This document shows positions 35,664 through 50,566 of a DNA stretch of 64,000 nucleotides, in pieces. The notes below the pieces were generated by a model, which was not told the origin of the DNA, ran no database searches, and saw nothing but the letters and a program-made list of their open reading frames with translations. The DNA is taken from assembly GCA_950097015.1 (NCBI GenBank), contig CATNEN010000038.1, positions 28,086,001-28,150,000 on the forward strand. Reading direction: 5' to 3'. Within the stretch, counting starts at the first letter, position 1. Each line of letters starts with the position of its first letter. This stretch comes from Macrostomum hystrix. Lineage: Eukaryota; Animalia; Platyhelminthes. The position numbers and the translations under genes were made by a program.

Positions 35664-36260
35664 TAGTGATGCTCCGAAAGCACAAAATTCACTCGAAATC
35701 GAAATCCAAAACCACCCACCAAGGTCTTCCGAAATTAAAATCAAAATAGAAAACTTCCGAAATCAAAACTGAAATACAGTGCATAAAAATATTTATTTAA
35801 AACACAAAAATACTTCTAGATAATTATCTTGGCAGCTACTAAGTGTTCATTAAATTCATTCATATTATTGTTTGTTTAACTGGCTTTTAAAATAAAAATC
35901 TATTTAAAAACGAAAGCAACTTCGACAACTTTGACAACTTTGGCAACCTTAACTGTTTTGTTTACAATTTCCCAGACATAAAAGCGTTGTGGTGACGAAT
36001 AATAGTGAGAGAGGCTTCCAGCCACTGTAATCACGCAAGCGTGGGGTGGCGCATAATCAAGTAATTTCATAGACAAGTTTGTAGTGGGACCTTATACTAA
36101 AATTCACAACGTGACTTCACAATGTTAAAAACCTAATTTCGGAACTAGGATGCTTAGAAAACCACAAAATTTGTTCGAAATCGAAACTGAAACTGAACTG
36201 AACGAAACTGAAAAGTTCCGAAACTCGGAAAATCGAAATCGAAATTTCGGAACGTCACTA
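35664..36260. mobile_element. hAT-like MITE (~600 bp) with subterminal CGAAA(T/C) repeats
   Basis: TIRs TAGTGATGCTCCGAAA / TTTCGGAACGTCACTA; GTAGGCCTACAT lies near both flanks but there is no clean adjacent TSD. Confidence 0.7.
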
Positions 36261-37379
36261 TCGTAGGCCTACATCTGCTAGAGTGCTAGGAACATGTCTA
36301 TGCTACTGCTATAAATTGACACCCCATCGACCCTAACATAGTATGATAGTATTAGCTAGCTTAGTCAAGTAATGTCAGTTTTTTAAGTCACTTTCAGATA
36401 TACCTACATCAAGTGCGCTCTGATTGCTTCTTCGCCGCTTTCGTATCACCAATTGACGTAAAGATTTGGGTAATGAATGTAAAAGGTCAAATGTAAAGTT
36501 CTATTCTATTCATTAAGAAAGACGGTTACGACGTGCCAAGAACGGTAAAACAAAAAACTGAAAATCAATAGTAATATTAAGTCAAAAATCGGTCCACAGA
36601 TACCACAGATTCGTAGAACATGTGCCTTAACAAATGTATTTTCTATTAGCTGTAAGAAACATTACTGTAGCTAAGCAAATTTTTTAAATACTTTCTTACA
36701 TCTACATCCTACATCTAGCGTTATTAGTTAAGTTTGTTTTTTTATGCTTCTGAAAAATTCAATAGGAAAAAACGTTTGCACTTTCTGAGAAACTATTTCT
36801 TGCTGTTAAATCGCGCTCGGCCGCTCGCCAATTAAAAACGTTAGCATTAGGCCTAAGAAACGTTAACGACATTTTGCTGCGCGGTAAAATGTCGCTAACG
36901 TGCCTAAGAATTGTTTCTGTTGTTTATAGGCCTTAAAGTTTATTTCTCAAAATAATTTGTCAGTTATTACAACTTACAATTGGTTGAATAGCCCTTTGCC
37001 TGCGCAATATACTGTCTAACTTTTCAGGTATCGGTAATCGATGATTTGATATCATATTTGCTTTTTGCTTTTATTTATTACTTACATAGGTCTAAGCCTA
37101 GGACTAGCTCATGATCTAGTATCTAGTTGTTGTAGTGATCTGTTGTTATAATTTCTATTTTACTATTTTCCAACAAGCATAACACTTTGATGGATATACC
37201 TACTATGAATGATTAATACTTTAATCAGAATTAACTTTTTATTAGTTTCTTAACTAGCTTAATAGCTTAACATCCGACAGTTAATTTCGAGTTGGAATGA
37301 CTGAGAGTGTATTTAAACAAACAGACTTTCGAGTCAGAATAGGCCTAACTGTCAGAATGTATACAACTTTTACCACACA

Positions 37380-38525
37380 GAAAATTCCGCCTCTTATTCT
37401 GCCCGTAAATGTACATAGGTGGGAGGAGGTGCATGTCATTGTCTCTGCATGTCATTGTCATATCATGTATAAGAGTTTCAGGCAGAATTGATTCTGCCTC
37501 TAATTCGCGACCCTTTCTCCCATCTCTAAATTCCACCTCTTTCTCTGCATGTCACTGCGCACAAAGTTTCTGGTAGAATGGATATACTGCCTCTAATTTC
37601 TACATGCAATATACTAGGCTCTCATAAATACCATGAGCTCTATATTTTAACAAATTTAATAACTGGCCCTTTGAAATATGACATAAGGTGGTGCACAGCC
37701 ATAGTCTGGATGGTGTAATGTGGTACGCCGGAAGGAAAAAGGAGGATTCCCAAGTGGTACGCCAGTGGTACGCCAAAAGAAAGACGTGGGGGTCCCTCAG
37801 TGTATAACGTTGCGGCACTAAAAATAATAACATTTTGACTTTGAAAACGGTAAAAATATAGCGGACAAACTTTAACAATTATTAAAAAATAACAGATATA
37901 ATCAGCGCTCAGAAATTTATTTACCAATAATACTAGGCTATATTATTTTATTAATATATTTATAAAATGATTAATCAAGTAATACAATGCAGGAAAAAAT
38001 ATATGCAATTTTTTACGTAAAATACATTGTCGTGTGATGTAGTTGTATCTTGTATGTCGAAATTTACGCAAAATTACAAAAAGTTTTTACTCTGGCAACG
38101 ATTTTTTGCCTGGTGGTGCCAATGGTACACTAAAAGTGGTACGCCAATTCAACTTCAGCTTGGTGGTACGCCAAAGGTGTTACGCCAAATGCTTTTTCGA
38201 ATCGGTGGTACGCCAATGGTGGTATGCCAATTTCTTGGAAAACTCATTTGGTACGCCGGAAATCTCCGGCGTACCAGTCACCTTCCGGAGTATGGGTGCA
38301 CAGATCTCGCTATTGTCATTTTTCAATACGGAAAATGAACATCTTAGAAGCGGTCAGCAACCTATGTCATTTGAATGATGTTAATTAACAAAAATTCTGC
38401 CCAAAACTCTTATAAGTGATGTGACACACAGAGATAGAGGCGGAATTGGTGGAATTTAGAGGCAGTAGAAAGGGTTGGGAATTAGAGGCGGAATCCATTC
38501 TGCCCAAAACTCTGCATGCTGTGAC
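37380..38525. mobile_element. Diverged foldback-like element with internal TGGTACGCC repeats
   Basis: 37470-37560 is an imperfect inverted copy of 38395-38512; the interior carries many GGTACGCC motifs; ends uncertain. Confidence 0.55.
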
Positions 38526-39806
38526 TCGCAGAGTCATTTAAAGCATTACACTACTACAAATATAAGAAAATTTTCACTGAAACAATTTGTCATTAAAACA
38601 ACTATTTGTCACTGAAATGTCCATTAGTCACCAAAATGTTTGTCACCAATATGTTTGTTAAAAATGACTTAGTACCCATCTTTTATGATCTGATTTAGTT
38701 ATATAGGCTCCTAGGCCTAGGGCAATCTTGTCTGCTGACTGCTACACTGAAAGATTGTCAGGCCAGTATTTTTTCTAACAAAGACAGGTCAAGTATATTA
38801 TATAGAACTCTATAGCAGGGCATAATATAGCTTAAATAAGTGCATAATGTATTACTATTCGTAGATATTCTCTAATGCGCAGATGTTAACTTTTTTCTTT
38901 AAACAATATAACATATATACATTTTAAATATATGGGCATGCTGATTTTAAGATCATATTGTATGTTGCCATCTGCAAGAAATTATAAATTAATTGTTATT
39001 AGGCCAATCTATAATGATTTCTTTTTTTTCTATTGTTGTCACCAAAGTTTTTACATGCTTGATTTCTCACTGAAGTCTTGATGTAGGTCTTACTCTTCTT
39101 ATGTCTTTCAATATGTACATCCTAGCAATTTCAATAATTATGCCACCAAAGTTGTATGGCTTTCTTAGAATTAGCTTCTGAGAATGTATTTTATATACTT
39201 GACAAGATTGTCTGGGTAGTTTATTCATTTAGTCCCATTTAGTTATTCTGGCAAATTCAATTTATCAACTAAATGAATTGCTGAGTATTTTAGGCCTTCA
39301 GAAGAGTGTTACCACTGATCTAAAGTGTACAGCAATTGCTTTCAATATCACAATTTTTCTCTCCTCAACTTTGCACACAAAAACATTAAGGTTCTCCCTT
39401 GCTTTCACTTCTGTATTTATACAAAAGTTTCTTTCCATAGTCAATTAAACACACAATAATTACAGTATAAGTAAACAAAATATTTTGTGTTAAAACAAAT
39501 ACATTGAATTTTGACAAAAGCACACATTTCAACTAAATTTTTATAACATGTTTTTAAGTAGAGATTGGCGCTGCATAATATAAAACTGTTAGTATGAGTT
39601 ATTATGTTGTAGAAGCTCAAAGATAAATTCTTTCATCATTTTTCTATACAAAACTTTATAAATCCATTAACTGATGAATAATTGTACAAAAAGAAAAAAT
39701 AGTTTTTTCTAAATCACTTTAAATTTCCAGTCTTCAACCGTCAGTTAAGCTAGAACATTTGAAACATATCAGGTTTTGTATTAAGAGACAATTTCTCGGA
39801 AAAAGA

Positions 39807-42800
39807 ATGCCTCGAATGAAAGGCCGCATTCGCTGGCTGTTAGTTGGGGTGTGCTGCTTTGCCGCCTGCGTTCTGTTTATTTCCAAGGGTGGCCTTAGCT
39901 GGGCAGTAGATAATGGCGCCGCTGCAGCTGCGGCCGCCGGCAATCAGGCTTTGTTAATCCTTCGCCCGCCACCACCGAAACATGTACTGCCGCCTGCTAG
40001 GCCGCGTCGAGAATTGTCTCCTGGTGTTGTACTTGGCGTTGAAGACGATATTGGTCAGGTAAGATTGTTCGAAAATAAACAAAAACGATACTGTTTTTGT
40101 AACTCTAATGATTGATTAATAATTGATCACACCTGTCCCATTAGGACAGATGTTATAGGCCACAAAAAACACATTGTTTTAGCGTAGTCAGGAATCGAAC
40201 CCCTGACCTTTAAGTCGGTAGTCTGACGCTCTAACCACAAAGGTTACAACCTCCTGTATCTGTACAACTGTTCAGTTCCTGGACTTTGTGACCAAAATAT
40301 TTTGTTGCTATGCTGTTACCATACTGTTTCTGATTATGGTTTGCTGTATTTCCTAAAATATTCTACCAAGTTCGCCATGAAAATTCAGCAGACGTGCATA
40401 CACTTTCCGCTCCATCCGACAAAAACAACTTCTAAAATCACGAATCATTATCAACGATTGTAGTCGGGTTGTCTGGTGCCAAAAATCACCCATGTGAGCA
40501 TACGTTGTCTGCTCACAAAATGTCATCATGTAACCATGTTGGTTATTATAGTTCATTATTTTGTTTTGATTATATTGTTAATTATTTTTAATAACCTCCC
40601 AGTCTTTCCCCAGAGGGGGGAATAGCGTGGTCTTCCTACTGTTAGTAGTATCTGTGCTTCGGTCAGGATTTTCTAGTAACGTCATATCCGCTGCCAAACG
40701 AAGAATTTTAAGGGCTTGTCGTTTATTTGACACCTTGATGGCTAACCACCAATGCTTCATTGAGAATGTACAGTTCCCGACTATGAAAAAATCAGATCAT
40801 ATGTAAACAACTATGGAAGTCTTTGCTTTGGAGTCAGCAAAAATAACTTTACCCATTGATAATTCATCAAATCCACAGGTTCGCGATGAGATCCTGTTCA
40901 ACCGTGTGCACCACAGGGATATGCTTCATGTACACCAGCCCGGTGCGCCAGATAGCCATCATCATGAGCATCAGCAGCAGCAGCAGCCTGACCCCAATGC
41001 TGGTAACGAACCTCGGACCCTCTCGCCGGACGGATTCGCCCTGGCGCCACCGGCAGAGATTCGCGCCCTATGGGCGGCCTACCCTAATCCAGGGCGAGAC
41101 CACGGCGAGGGCGGCCGGCCGGTCAACGTCGACAAGACGAAACTGTCGCCTGAGGAGCGAAAGAAATATGACGAAGGCTGGCAGAAAAATGCATTCAACC
41201 AATATGCTAGCGACATGATCTCCTTGGATAGAGATCTGGGTGATAATCGCGACTCGCAATGCAAAGCTGCCAAGTAAGTCGCTGTCCTTTTATGCTGACA
41301 AAATTAAGTATGATCTTTGATTGATAAAGTATTTTAAGGATTTTCTAGAAATAATTAACGACTTGAACCGCCTGATGTACATTATAAGTGTCTTCTACGC
41401 TTTTACCGTACTACTTGGCTGCTTCTAGGCTGTTGCTAAGCTGTTGCTAATTGCTGTGCTGGGCAGTTGCTAATCGCTTGGCTAGGCCGTTGCTAGGCTG
41501 TTGCTAATCTCTTATTGTTTTATACAGCTTTGTTAACTCTCGAACAAAGTTTAAAAAAGAATCTAGCGATTTTTTTGTTTGACCTGACTTGACCTAATTT
41601 GTACAGGTATCCGGGCCCACTGCCAGACACTTCTGTTATCATCTGTTTTCACAACGAAGCCTGGACTGTACTGCTGAGAACTGTGCACTCGGTCATAAAT
41701 CAATCGCCGCCCCACCTGATTCGCGAAATCATTCTAGTTGACGACGCTTCAGAATATGAGCATTTGAAACGACCGCTTACTGAGTACATGAAGTACTATT
41801 CTCCTAAGGTGAGACGCACGCGTGTTTGGCTTTTTTTCACCTGATTATAAAATTCATCTTACCTGGTCATTAAGCCTTATCTCACCTGGTCATAAAGACT
41901 CATCTCACCTGGTCATAAAGACTCATCTCACCTGGTCATAAAGACTTATCTTACCTGGTCATAAAGACTCATCTCACCTGGTCATTAAGACTTATCTTAC
42001 CTGGTCATAAAGACTCATCTCACCAGGTCATAAAGACTCATCTCACCTGGTCATAAAGACTCATCTCACCTGGTCATAAAGACTCATCTCACCTGGTCAT
42101 AAAGACTCATCTCACCTGGTCATAAAGACTCATCTCACCTGGTCATAAAGACTCATCTCACCTGGTCATAAAGACTTATCTTACCTGGTCATAAAGACTC
42201 ATCTCACCAGGTCATAAAGACTCATCTCACCTGGTCATAAAGACTCATCTCACCTGGTCATAAAGACTCATCTCACCTGGTCATAAAGACTCATCTCACC
42301 TGGTCATAAAGACTCATCTCACCTGGTCATAAAGACTCATCTCACCTGGTCATAAAGACTTATCTTACCTGGTCATAAAGACTCATCTCACCAGGTCATA
42401 AAGACTCATCTCACCTGGTCATAAAGACTTATCTCACCTGGTCATAAAGACTCATCTCACCTGGTCATAAAGACTCATCTCACCTGGTCATAAAGACTTA
42501 TCTTACCTGGTGATAAAGACTCATCTCATCTGGTCATTAAGACTCATCTTACCTTTTCATTAAGAATCATCTCACCTGGTCATAAAGACTTATCTTACCT
42601 GGTCATAAAGACTCATCTCACCTGGTCATTAAGACTCATCTTACCTTTTCATTAAGACTCATCTCACCTTTTCATTAAGAATCATCTCACCTGGTCATAG
42701 AGACTAATCTCACCTGGTCATTAAGACTCATCTCACCTTTTCATTAAGACTCATCTCACCTGGTCATAGAGACTCATCTCACCTGGTCATAGAGACTAAT

Positions 42801-45800
42801 CTCACCTGGTCATTAAGACTCATCTCACCTTTTCATTAAGAATCATCTCAGCTTTACATTAAGACTCATCTTACCTGGTCATAAACACTCATCTCACCAG
42901 GTCATAAAGACTATTTTACCTAGTTGTTAAGTTTCTCCTACTTCTTCATACAAGTTGTTTCGTTTCAAGCTGCTATTAATTTTATTTGTTCATGTTCATC
43001 TACTCGCGGTAGTACAATGCGCATGCGCATGCCTGAACATGCTATCCCCAACTATCTATTAATACATTAGGTTCGCATTCTCCGTGCCGCTAAGCGCGAA
43101 GGCCTTATCCGTGCCCGCCTGATGGGAGCCCGCAAGGCCACAGGCACTGTGCTGACATTCTTGGATTCGCACTGCGAATGTGCCGCCGGTTGGTTGGAGC
43201 CGCTGCTGTTTAGAATTGCCCAGAATTCAACCCATGTTGTAACGCCAACTATTGAAGTTATTAGCGACAGCACGTTGGCAATGTCGACTGCCACAAATTT
43301 AGATTCGATGAGTGTCGGCGGTTTCGACTGGAATTTGCAATTCAATTGGCACTTGGCGCCTGAGAGAGATAGAAAAAATCGGCTTAGCAGAATCGACCCG
43401 GTGCGTAGTCCCACAATGGCCGGCGGCCTGTTCTCAATCGATAGGGAATATTTCGCTCACCTGGGCAGCTACGATCCCGGCTTCGACATCTGGGGCGGGG
43501 AGAATCTTGAGATTAGTTTCAAAATTTGGATGTGCGGTGGCACACTGGAGATTGTGCCCTGTTCCATTGTGGGCCATATCTTTAGGAAACGCTCGCCATA
43601 TAGCTGGGGCACCGGCGGCGTTTTGAAAAAGAACTCCGTTCGATTAGCCGACGTCTGGATGGACCAATACGCCGACATTTATTACGAGAGGGTCGGAGGA
43701 AAGGTGAGTTTTTTTGAAGCTTTGGATCTGATATTATCCCTATCGCTTTCATAAATCTCTTACTACGTTTTGATCTCTAAATATCTTTAAATCATTTTCT
43801 TATCCCCTTAGGTGTGTCAATTTTTATCCCAATCTTACCCCCCCTGGAAGAATCTATTTTTATCCCAATCTTATCCCCTTAGATGTGTCTGTTGTTATCC
43901 CAATCTTATCTCTTTGGGTGTGTCTATTATTATCCCTATCTTATCCCCTTGGAAGTATCTATTATTATCCCAATCTTATCCCCTTGGATGTGTCTATTAT
44001 TATCCCAATCTTATCCCCTTGGAAGTATCTATTATTATCCCAATCTTATCACCTTGGAAGTATCTATTATTATTATTCCAATCTTATCCCCTTGGATGTG
44101 TCTATTGTTATCCCAATCCCATTATGTGTGTATTGTTTTCCTAATCCCATTATGTGTGTCTATTGTTATCCCAATCCCATTATGTGTGTATTTTTATCCC
44201 AATCCCATGATGTGTGTATTGTTATCCCAATCCCATTATGTGTGTATTGTTTTCCCAATCCCATTATGTGTGTCTATTGTTATCCCAATCCCATTATATG
44301 TGTATTGTTATCCCAATCCCATTATGTGTGTATTGTTATCCAAATCTTGTCCCATCGGATGTGTCTAGTTTTACTTGAATCTTATCCCCTTGGATGTGTC
44401 TATTTTTACCCAAATCTTATCCCTTGGATGTGTCTATTGTTACCCAAATCTTATCCCCTTGGGTGCGTCTATGGTTACCCAAATCTTATCCCCTTGGGTG
44501 CGTCTATGATTACCCAAATCTTATCCCCTTGGGTGCGTCTATGGTTACCCAAATCTTATCCCCTTGGGTGCGTCTATGGTTACCCAAATCTTATCCCCTT
44601 GGGTGCGTCTATGATTACCCAAATCTTATCCCCTTGGGTGCGTCTATGATTACCCAAATCTTATCCCCTTGGGTGCGTCTATGGTTACCCAAATCTTATC
44701 CCCTTGGGTGCGTCTATGGTTACCCAAATCTTATCCCCTTGGGTGCGTCTATGGTTACCCAAATCTTATCCCCTTGGGTGCGTCTATGATTACCCAAATC
44801 TTATCCCCTTGGGTGCGTCTATGGTTACTCAAATCTTATCCCCTTGGGTGCGTCTATGATTACCCAAATCTTATCCCCTTGGGTGCGTCTATGGTTACCC
44901 AAATCTTATCCCCTTGGGTGCGTCTATGGTTACTCAAATCTTATCCCCTTGGGTGCGTCTATGGTTACCCAAATCTTATCCCCTTGGGTGCGTCTATGGT
45001 TACTCAAATCTTATCCCCTTGGGTGCGTCTATGATTACCCAAATCTTATCCCCTTGGGTGCGTCTATGGTTACCCAAATCTTATCCGCTTGGGTGCGTCT
45101 ATGGTTACCCAAATCTTATCCGCTTGGGTGTGTCTAATGTTATCCCTATTCCTATCCCTATTTTATCCTAGTCTCATCTCCTTTAGATTATTTGTATCCG
45201 AGTTAGTTTTGGCTTTCATTCAAACCAGTTTTTTTCAGCAGATGCAATCTGGTTCTGGTGGTTTCGCTGGTTCTATCCAGTTTTCTTTCTATATCGTACG
45301 TATTTGATAATTTTACACCTCTCGTCTCTACTCTCAGACTAATATCACTAACAATGTAAGCAAACCATTGATCCACGTGCTTTTAAAGTCACCTTGCTCT
45401 CTAGTCTTTGTGATCTTTTTTTTAAAAAAAAAACTGAATTCAGTCACACGTTGGCATTTGTTTCAAAAGCATCCACATCTAGATTGATACACATTTTATG
45501 TGTTAGTCAGATTGTGAGAGAATTAGTACTGGTTTTTTCCTGCTACACCTGAGAGGTTTTCATTATTAGACTGTCCAAAGCAAACTCCGTGTCTCATCGA
45601 CTCACCCATCCATCCATTGATAACAAATTTGTCTATTAGTCCATCAATCAGTCGATCATTAAAACTAATAAATGCTTTCTTACATTCATCCATCAATCCG
45701 TTAATCTATCAATCCATCTATCAATCTATAAATCGACCCATCCATCCATTATTCCATCCACCCATTAATCCATCCATCTACCCATCCACCCATTATTAAA

Positions 45801-47237
45801 CCCACCCATTAATCCATCAATCCATCCATTCATCCATTCATCCATCTATCCATCTATCTATCTACTCATCCATCCATCTATCAATCCATCCATCCATCTA
45901 TCCATCTATCCATCGATCCACTAATCAATCCATGCATCCATTCATTTATCCATCCATCCATCCATCCATCTATTCATCTATCCATCCACCAATCCATCTA
46001 TCCATCCATCCATCCATCTATTCATCTATCCATCCACCAATCCATCTATCCATCCATCAATCCATCAATCCATCTATCAATCCATCGATCCACTAATCAA
46101 TCCATGCATCCATGCATTTATCCATCCATCCATCCATCCATCTATCCATCCACCAATCCATCAATCCATCCATCAATCCATCAATCCATCTATCAATCCA
46201 TCCATCCATCTATCAATCCATCCATCCACCAATCAATCCATGCATCTATCCATCTATCCATCTATCCATCTATCCATCGATCCACTAATCAATCCATGCA
46301 TCCATTCATTTATCCATCCATCCATCTATCCATCCATCCATCAATCCATCAATCCATCTATCAATCCATCCATGCATCTATCATCTATCCATTGATCCAC
46401 TAATCAATCCATGCATCCATCCATTTATCCATCCATCCATCCATCCATCCATCCACCAATCAATCCATCCATCCATCCATCCATCCATCCATCTATCCAT
46501 CCATCCATCTATCTATCCACCAATCCATCTATCCATCCATCCATCAATCCATCCATCAATGCATTCATTAATTCATGAATCTATCCTGTCAATCCATCAG
46601 CCGTTAATCCATGTTTTCACTCATTCATCAATCCATCAATATCTGCATCCACCTACGCATCAATAAATATATGCTTCCATCCCATAACAGTTTTCATCCC
46701 ATTGTTTCGTATCTCCAGGGAGACTACGGTGACGTGTCGGAGCGGAAAGCGCTCCGTAGTCGTCTTGGATGTCGCAGCTTCCAATGGTTCTTGGACACCA
46801 TCTATCCCGAGCTGTTCCTACCCAATGATGCTCTGGCTCGCGGTGCCATCATGAATGCCGCTGTGCCTTACTGCATTGACGCTCTAGTTAAGCATCACGA
46901 ATCCGGGCAGACCAACGTGAAACTCTGGCCTTGCCACGGCCAGGGCGGGAATCAGTTTTGGTTGCTTTCTAAGCAGGGCGAAATTCGGCGCGACGAAGGC
47001 TGCGTAGATTATCCCGGCGGCGACAATGTGATTGTGTACAATTGTCACGGCGGTAGGGGCAATCAGGAGTGGCAATATCGCAGCGATGATACTATTTATC
47101 ATCCGTTGCGAAATCTCTGCCTAGAAGCGGCGCCGGGCAATAAACTGGCCATGACCGCCTGTAGAAAGAATTTTGACAGACAGAAATGGAAATGGAACAG
47201 GCAGGCCGGTCGCCAGCGATTCGGAGACAAGCTGTGA
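39807..47237 (+). CDS. GALNT: Polypeptide N-acetylgalactosaminyltransferase (GT27, ~666 aa)
   Basis: join(39807-40058, 40879-41273, 41607-41808, 43071-43703, 46719-47237), all GT-AG and in phase. Type II TM anchor, [34 protein letters not shown] (DxH), [13 protein letters not shown], and a ricin-type lectin with CHG.GGNQ repeats. Confidence 0.96.
40113..40253 (-). mobile_element. Internally deleted SINE family B copy (tRNA head joined to 3' tail)
   Basis: Minus strand GAGGTTGTAACC..GTGGTTAGAGCGTC..GGGGTTCGATTCCTGAC, then GGACAGGTGTGATCAATTATT. Confidence 0.75.
41858..42915. repeat. 23-bp intronic minisatellite (CATCTCACCTGGTCATAAAGACT)
   Basis: Period 23; GALNT intron 3. Confidence 0.96.
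43797..45165. repeat. 35-bp intronic minisatellite (CCCAAATCTTATCCCCTTGGGTGCGTCTATGGTTA) with shorter variant blocks
   Basis: GALNT intron 4; seen directly. Confidence 0.95.
45600..46620. repeat. (TCCA)n compound microsatellite
   Basis: GALNT intron 4. Confidence 0.95.
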
Positions 47238-47448
47238 TTTATTTGCCATTCTGATTTCAGACTGCTATGACCCGTTAGCCGATTTTATAAATCCGTTATT
47301 CCGTTAAATTTTAGTTCGGTTTTTCCTAACGACGGGTTCGCTTTTTATTTGGCCTATTATCAGTGTAATTTAGGTATATTCCAACGCTTTATCCATATAA
47401 ATTTCAGGGAATTTTTTAAATATCCATTTTGCCTACAAGATTCTCCCT

Positions 47449-48465
47449 AGATCCGTAGATCTGTCAATAGTTATCCCAATCCTATCTCCATAGATCTATC
47501 AATATTTATCCCAATCCTATCTCCATAAATCTGTCAATAGTTATCCCAATCCTATCTCCGTAAATCTGTCAATAGTTATCCCAATCCTATCTCCGTAAAT
47601 CTGTCAATAGTTATCCCAATCCTATCTCCATAGATCTATCAATATTTATCCCAATCCTATCTCCATAAATCTGTCAATAGTTATCCCAATCCTAGCTCCG
47701 TAAATCTGTCAATAGTTATCCCAGTCCCATCTCCATAAATCTGTCAATAGTTATCCCAGTCCCATCTCCATAAATCTGTCAATAGTTATCCCAGTCCCAT
47801 CTCCATAGATCTGTCAATAGTTATCCCAATCCCATCTCCGTAAATCTGTCAATAGTTATCCCAGTCCCATCTCCGTAAATCTGTCAATAGTTATCCCAGT
47901 CCCATCTCCATAAATCTGTCAATAGTTATCCCAATCCCATCTCCACAGATCTGTCAATAGTTATCCCAGTCCCATCTCCACAGATCTGTCAATAGTTATC
48001 CCAATCCTATCTCCACAGATCTGTCAATAGTTATCCCAATCCTATCTCCACAGATCTGTCAATAGTTATCCCAGTGCCATCTCCACAGATCTGTCAATAG
48101 TTATCCCAGTCCCATCTCCACAGATCTGTCAATAGTTATCCCAATCCCATCTCCACAGATCTGTCAATAGTTATCCCAATCCCATCTCCACAGATCTGTC
48201 AATAGTTATCCCAGTCCCATCTCCACAGATCTGTCAATAGTTATCCCAGTCCCATCTCCATAGATCTGTCAATAGTTATCCCAATCCCATCTCCACAGAT
48301 CTGTCAATAGTTATCCCAATCCCATCTCCACAGATCTGTCAATAGTTATCCCAGTCCCATCTCCACAGATCTGTCAATAGCTATCCCAATCCTATCTCCA
48401 CAGATCTGTCAATAGTTATCCCAATCCTATCTCCATAGATCTGTCAATAGTTATCCCAATCCCGT
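47449..48465. repeat. 35-bp minisatellite (ATCTGTCAATAGTTATCCCAATCCCATCTCCACAG)
   Basis: Starts ~210 bp after the GALNT stop. Confidence 0.96.
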
Positions 48466-50566
48466 CACTTATCTGCGAATATCATCTCCTAATATCTACA
48501 CAATGTAAAATGCCTAAGATAACTGCTGTTATATTTGATAGTATTTTACAAGCCATGATATATATTAGTCAGTCTGCATGCTTTATATAGCTGTAGTAAT
48601 CTTTTGCTTTCCTGCCAATATCAACAATAACCAGGCATAGGTCGCAAACTAATTTTGGCTGTGCAATATTTTGTAATTCTGAATTTTGTTTTTCAGTTTT
48701 TATTCGTTTTTTCATAATGTGCCTTCTCGTTATATGTTATTTATTTTAGATTTCCTCGAATCAAAACAAAATGGAAATTTTAGTTCCGTCATTACAATAG
48801 ATTTTTGCTCTAAAAATTTTAGGACTTTGTTTCAATTTATTTTACTGTTTAAACTGTACGTTGCTATGAACAGAATGGCTTTTAAAAATCATTTCAATGG
48901 CTGGGTAGCAGTCACGTGATTTTGTATGTTTCGATTGAAAATGGGGATTTCCCTCAAGCCGCTTCTAAAAATAGCAACGTTTTCATCCTCGTTGGCCAAT
49001 CAAAATCTGAAAGCCAGGCTGCACTAAAAAAGTGTCCTCAAATTATTTTTTTCTGCTGGTACTGCTTCCACTAAAGCAATTGATTTGGTTAGTACTATTT
49101 TATGCATGTGTTATTTGTTCCTTCAATTTTTCAGAATGATTAACGCTAATGTTTGTGCTATTGCAACGATTCTCGCACTAATAAAGAATAAATGATCAAA
49201 AGTACATATTTCCTTTATTATTTGTCCATTATTTTAGGTATTTTGGTGGTGCCAAAAATTGTCGTAAATTTTTTTATAACGCGATATTCAAGACGAATTC
49301 GTTTTCCGTTTATTTTTTATGAGAGCTCTATGATTTGAATGTTGTAAAGATAGCATTATTTTGACAAAGAAAATTTTCGTGGGTCACATTTTAGCCGATC
49401 TGGTCTTGATTAAGTGGATCACTTTCTTGTAGTTGTGTGACAAGTGACACGTGTTCGTGTTTATTTTGTCCATTTTTAAACACAATTGTTACAATTCTGG
49501 TTGTTATATGTTAGACAGTGGTGGCTATTTTTGGCTCAATCATTTTTATGAAGAGTCCTGTTCGCTTTTTGTTTTGTAGATTTTTAGTACATGTCTACTT
49601 CCTGCTAACAATTATAATTGTAGCATTAAGTTTCATTAGCATGCTTTACTTGGCAATTTTATGCTACTACTTTTTTTCTGGTGCACCGCAAACGCAATTA
49701 AATTAGGACACAATGGAAGAAAATGCCTTACTTTTATAGTTAATACATGGTTATGCATACACATTATTGTGCGTCAGTGCATTAGCTCCCGGAAGGATGC
49801 TAGATTGGGTTTATTTACAAATATGCTGATTTGTCTATCTTTGTTTGGACTTCACAATTATTTAAATCATGATTAAAAATAGAACTAATTTTAACTAAAA
49901 TTATATTTTAATGTTACTGTTTCACAGCCCTAACTGTAATGTACATGTGGAATTGGCTTAGACTAGGGCAATGTACATAGCTTCCGTTGGCTTGGTTGTC
50001 TCGCTATAATGTACATCAAAGTCAAACCGGGGGGAGGGTTTGTGACTGAGTGAGAGTGGAAAGTTTCACCAGCGATCTTGTGTAGAACGGGGTGCGATTT
50101 TTTAGCCTCTCGGGTGGATGGGGTGGGTGGCCCACACGTGGTGGAAGGCAAGGCGTCCACCCTCCCTCCGTTCTGATAAAGCGTGGCAGGGCGAAGATCG
50201 CTCTATAAAAAGATAAGATAGATAAAAAATACACACGAGTCAGTCAATTTCGCCGCAGTTTTCTGTGCGCTACAGTGAACCAACGGCCTACTATTTATAT
50301 TTATATTATAGCCAGAAGCAGGACAAATCGCGAGTAGTAGACTTATAAAACTGTCAGCTCACTTGAAAATTTTCTGGAATTTGTTTCTTTTAAAAGGAGG
50401 AATAAAAGGACAGTAGAAACTCACAGCCGACCCCTCGATCGATATAGTTAGCTGTCTAGTGGGAGCTTCGATGCGAAGCTACTTGGCAGCCGACGGTGCG
50501 ACTGTTGTATAGAGTCGTATTGGAAGCGACAAAGGAGTTGAGAGACAGTGGCAGAGAGTTAGGACA

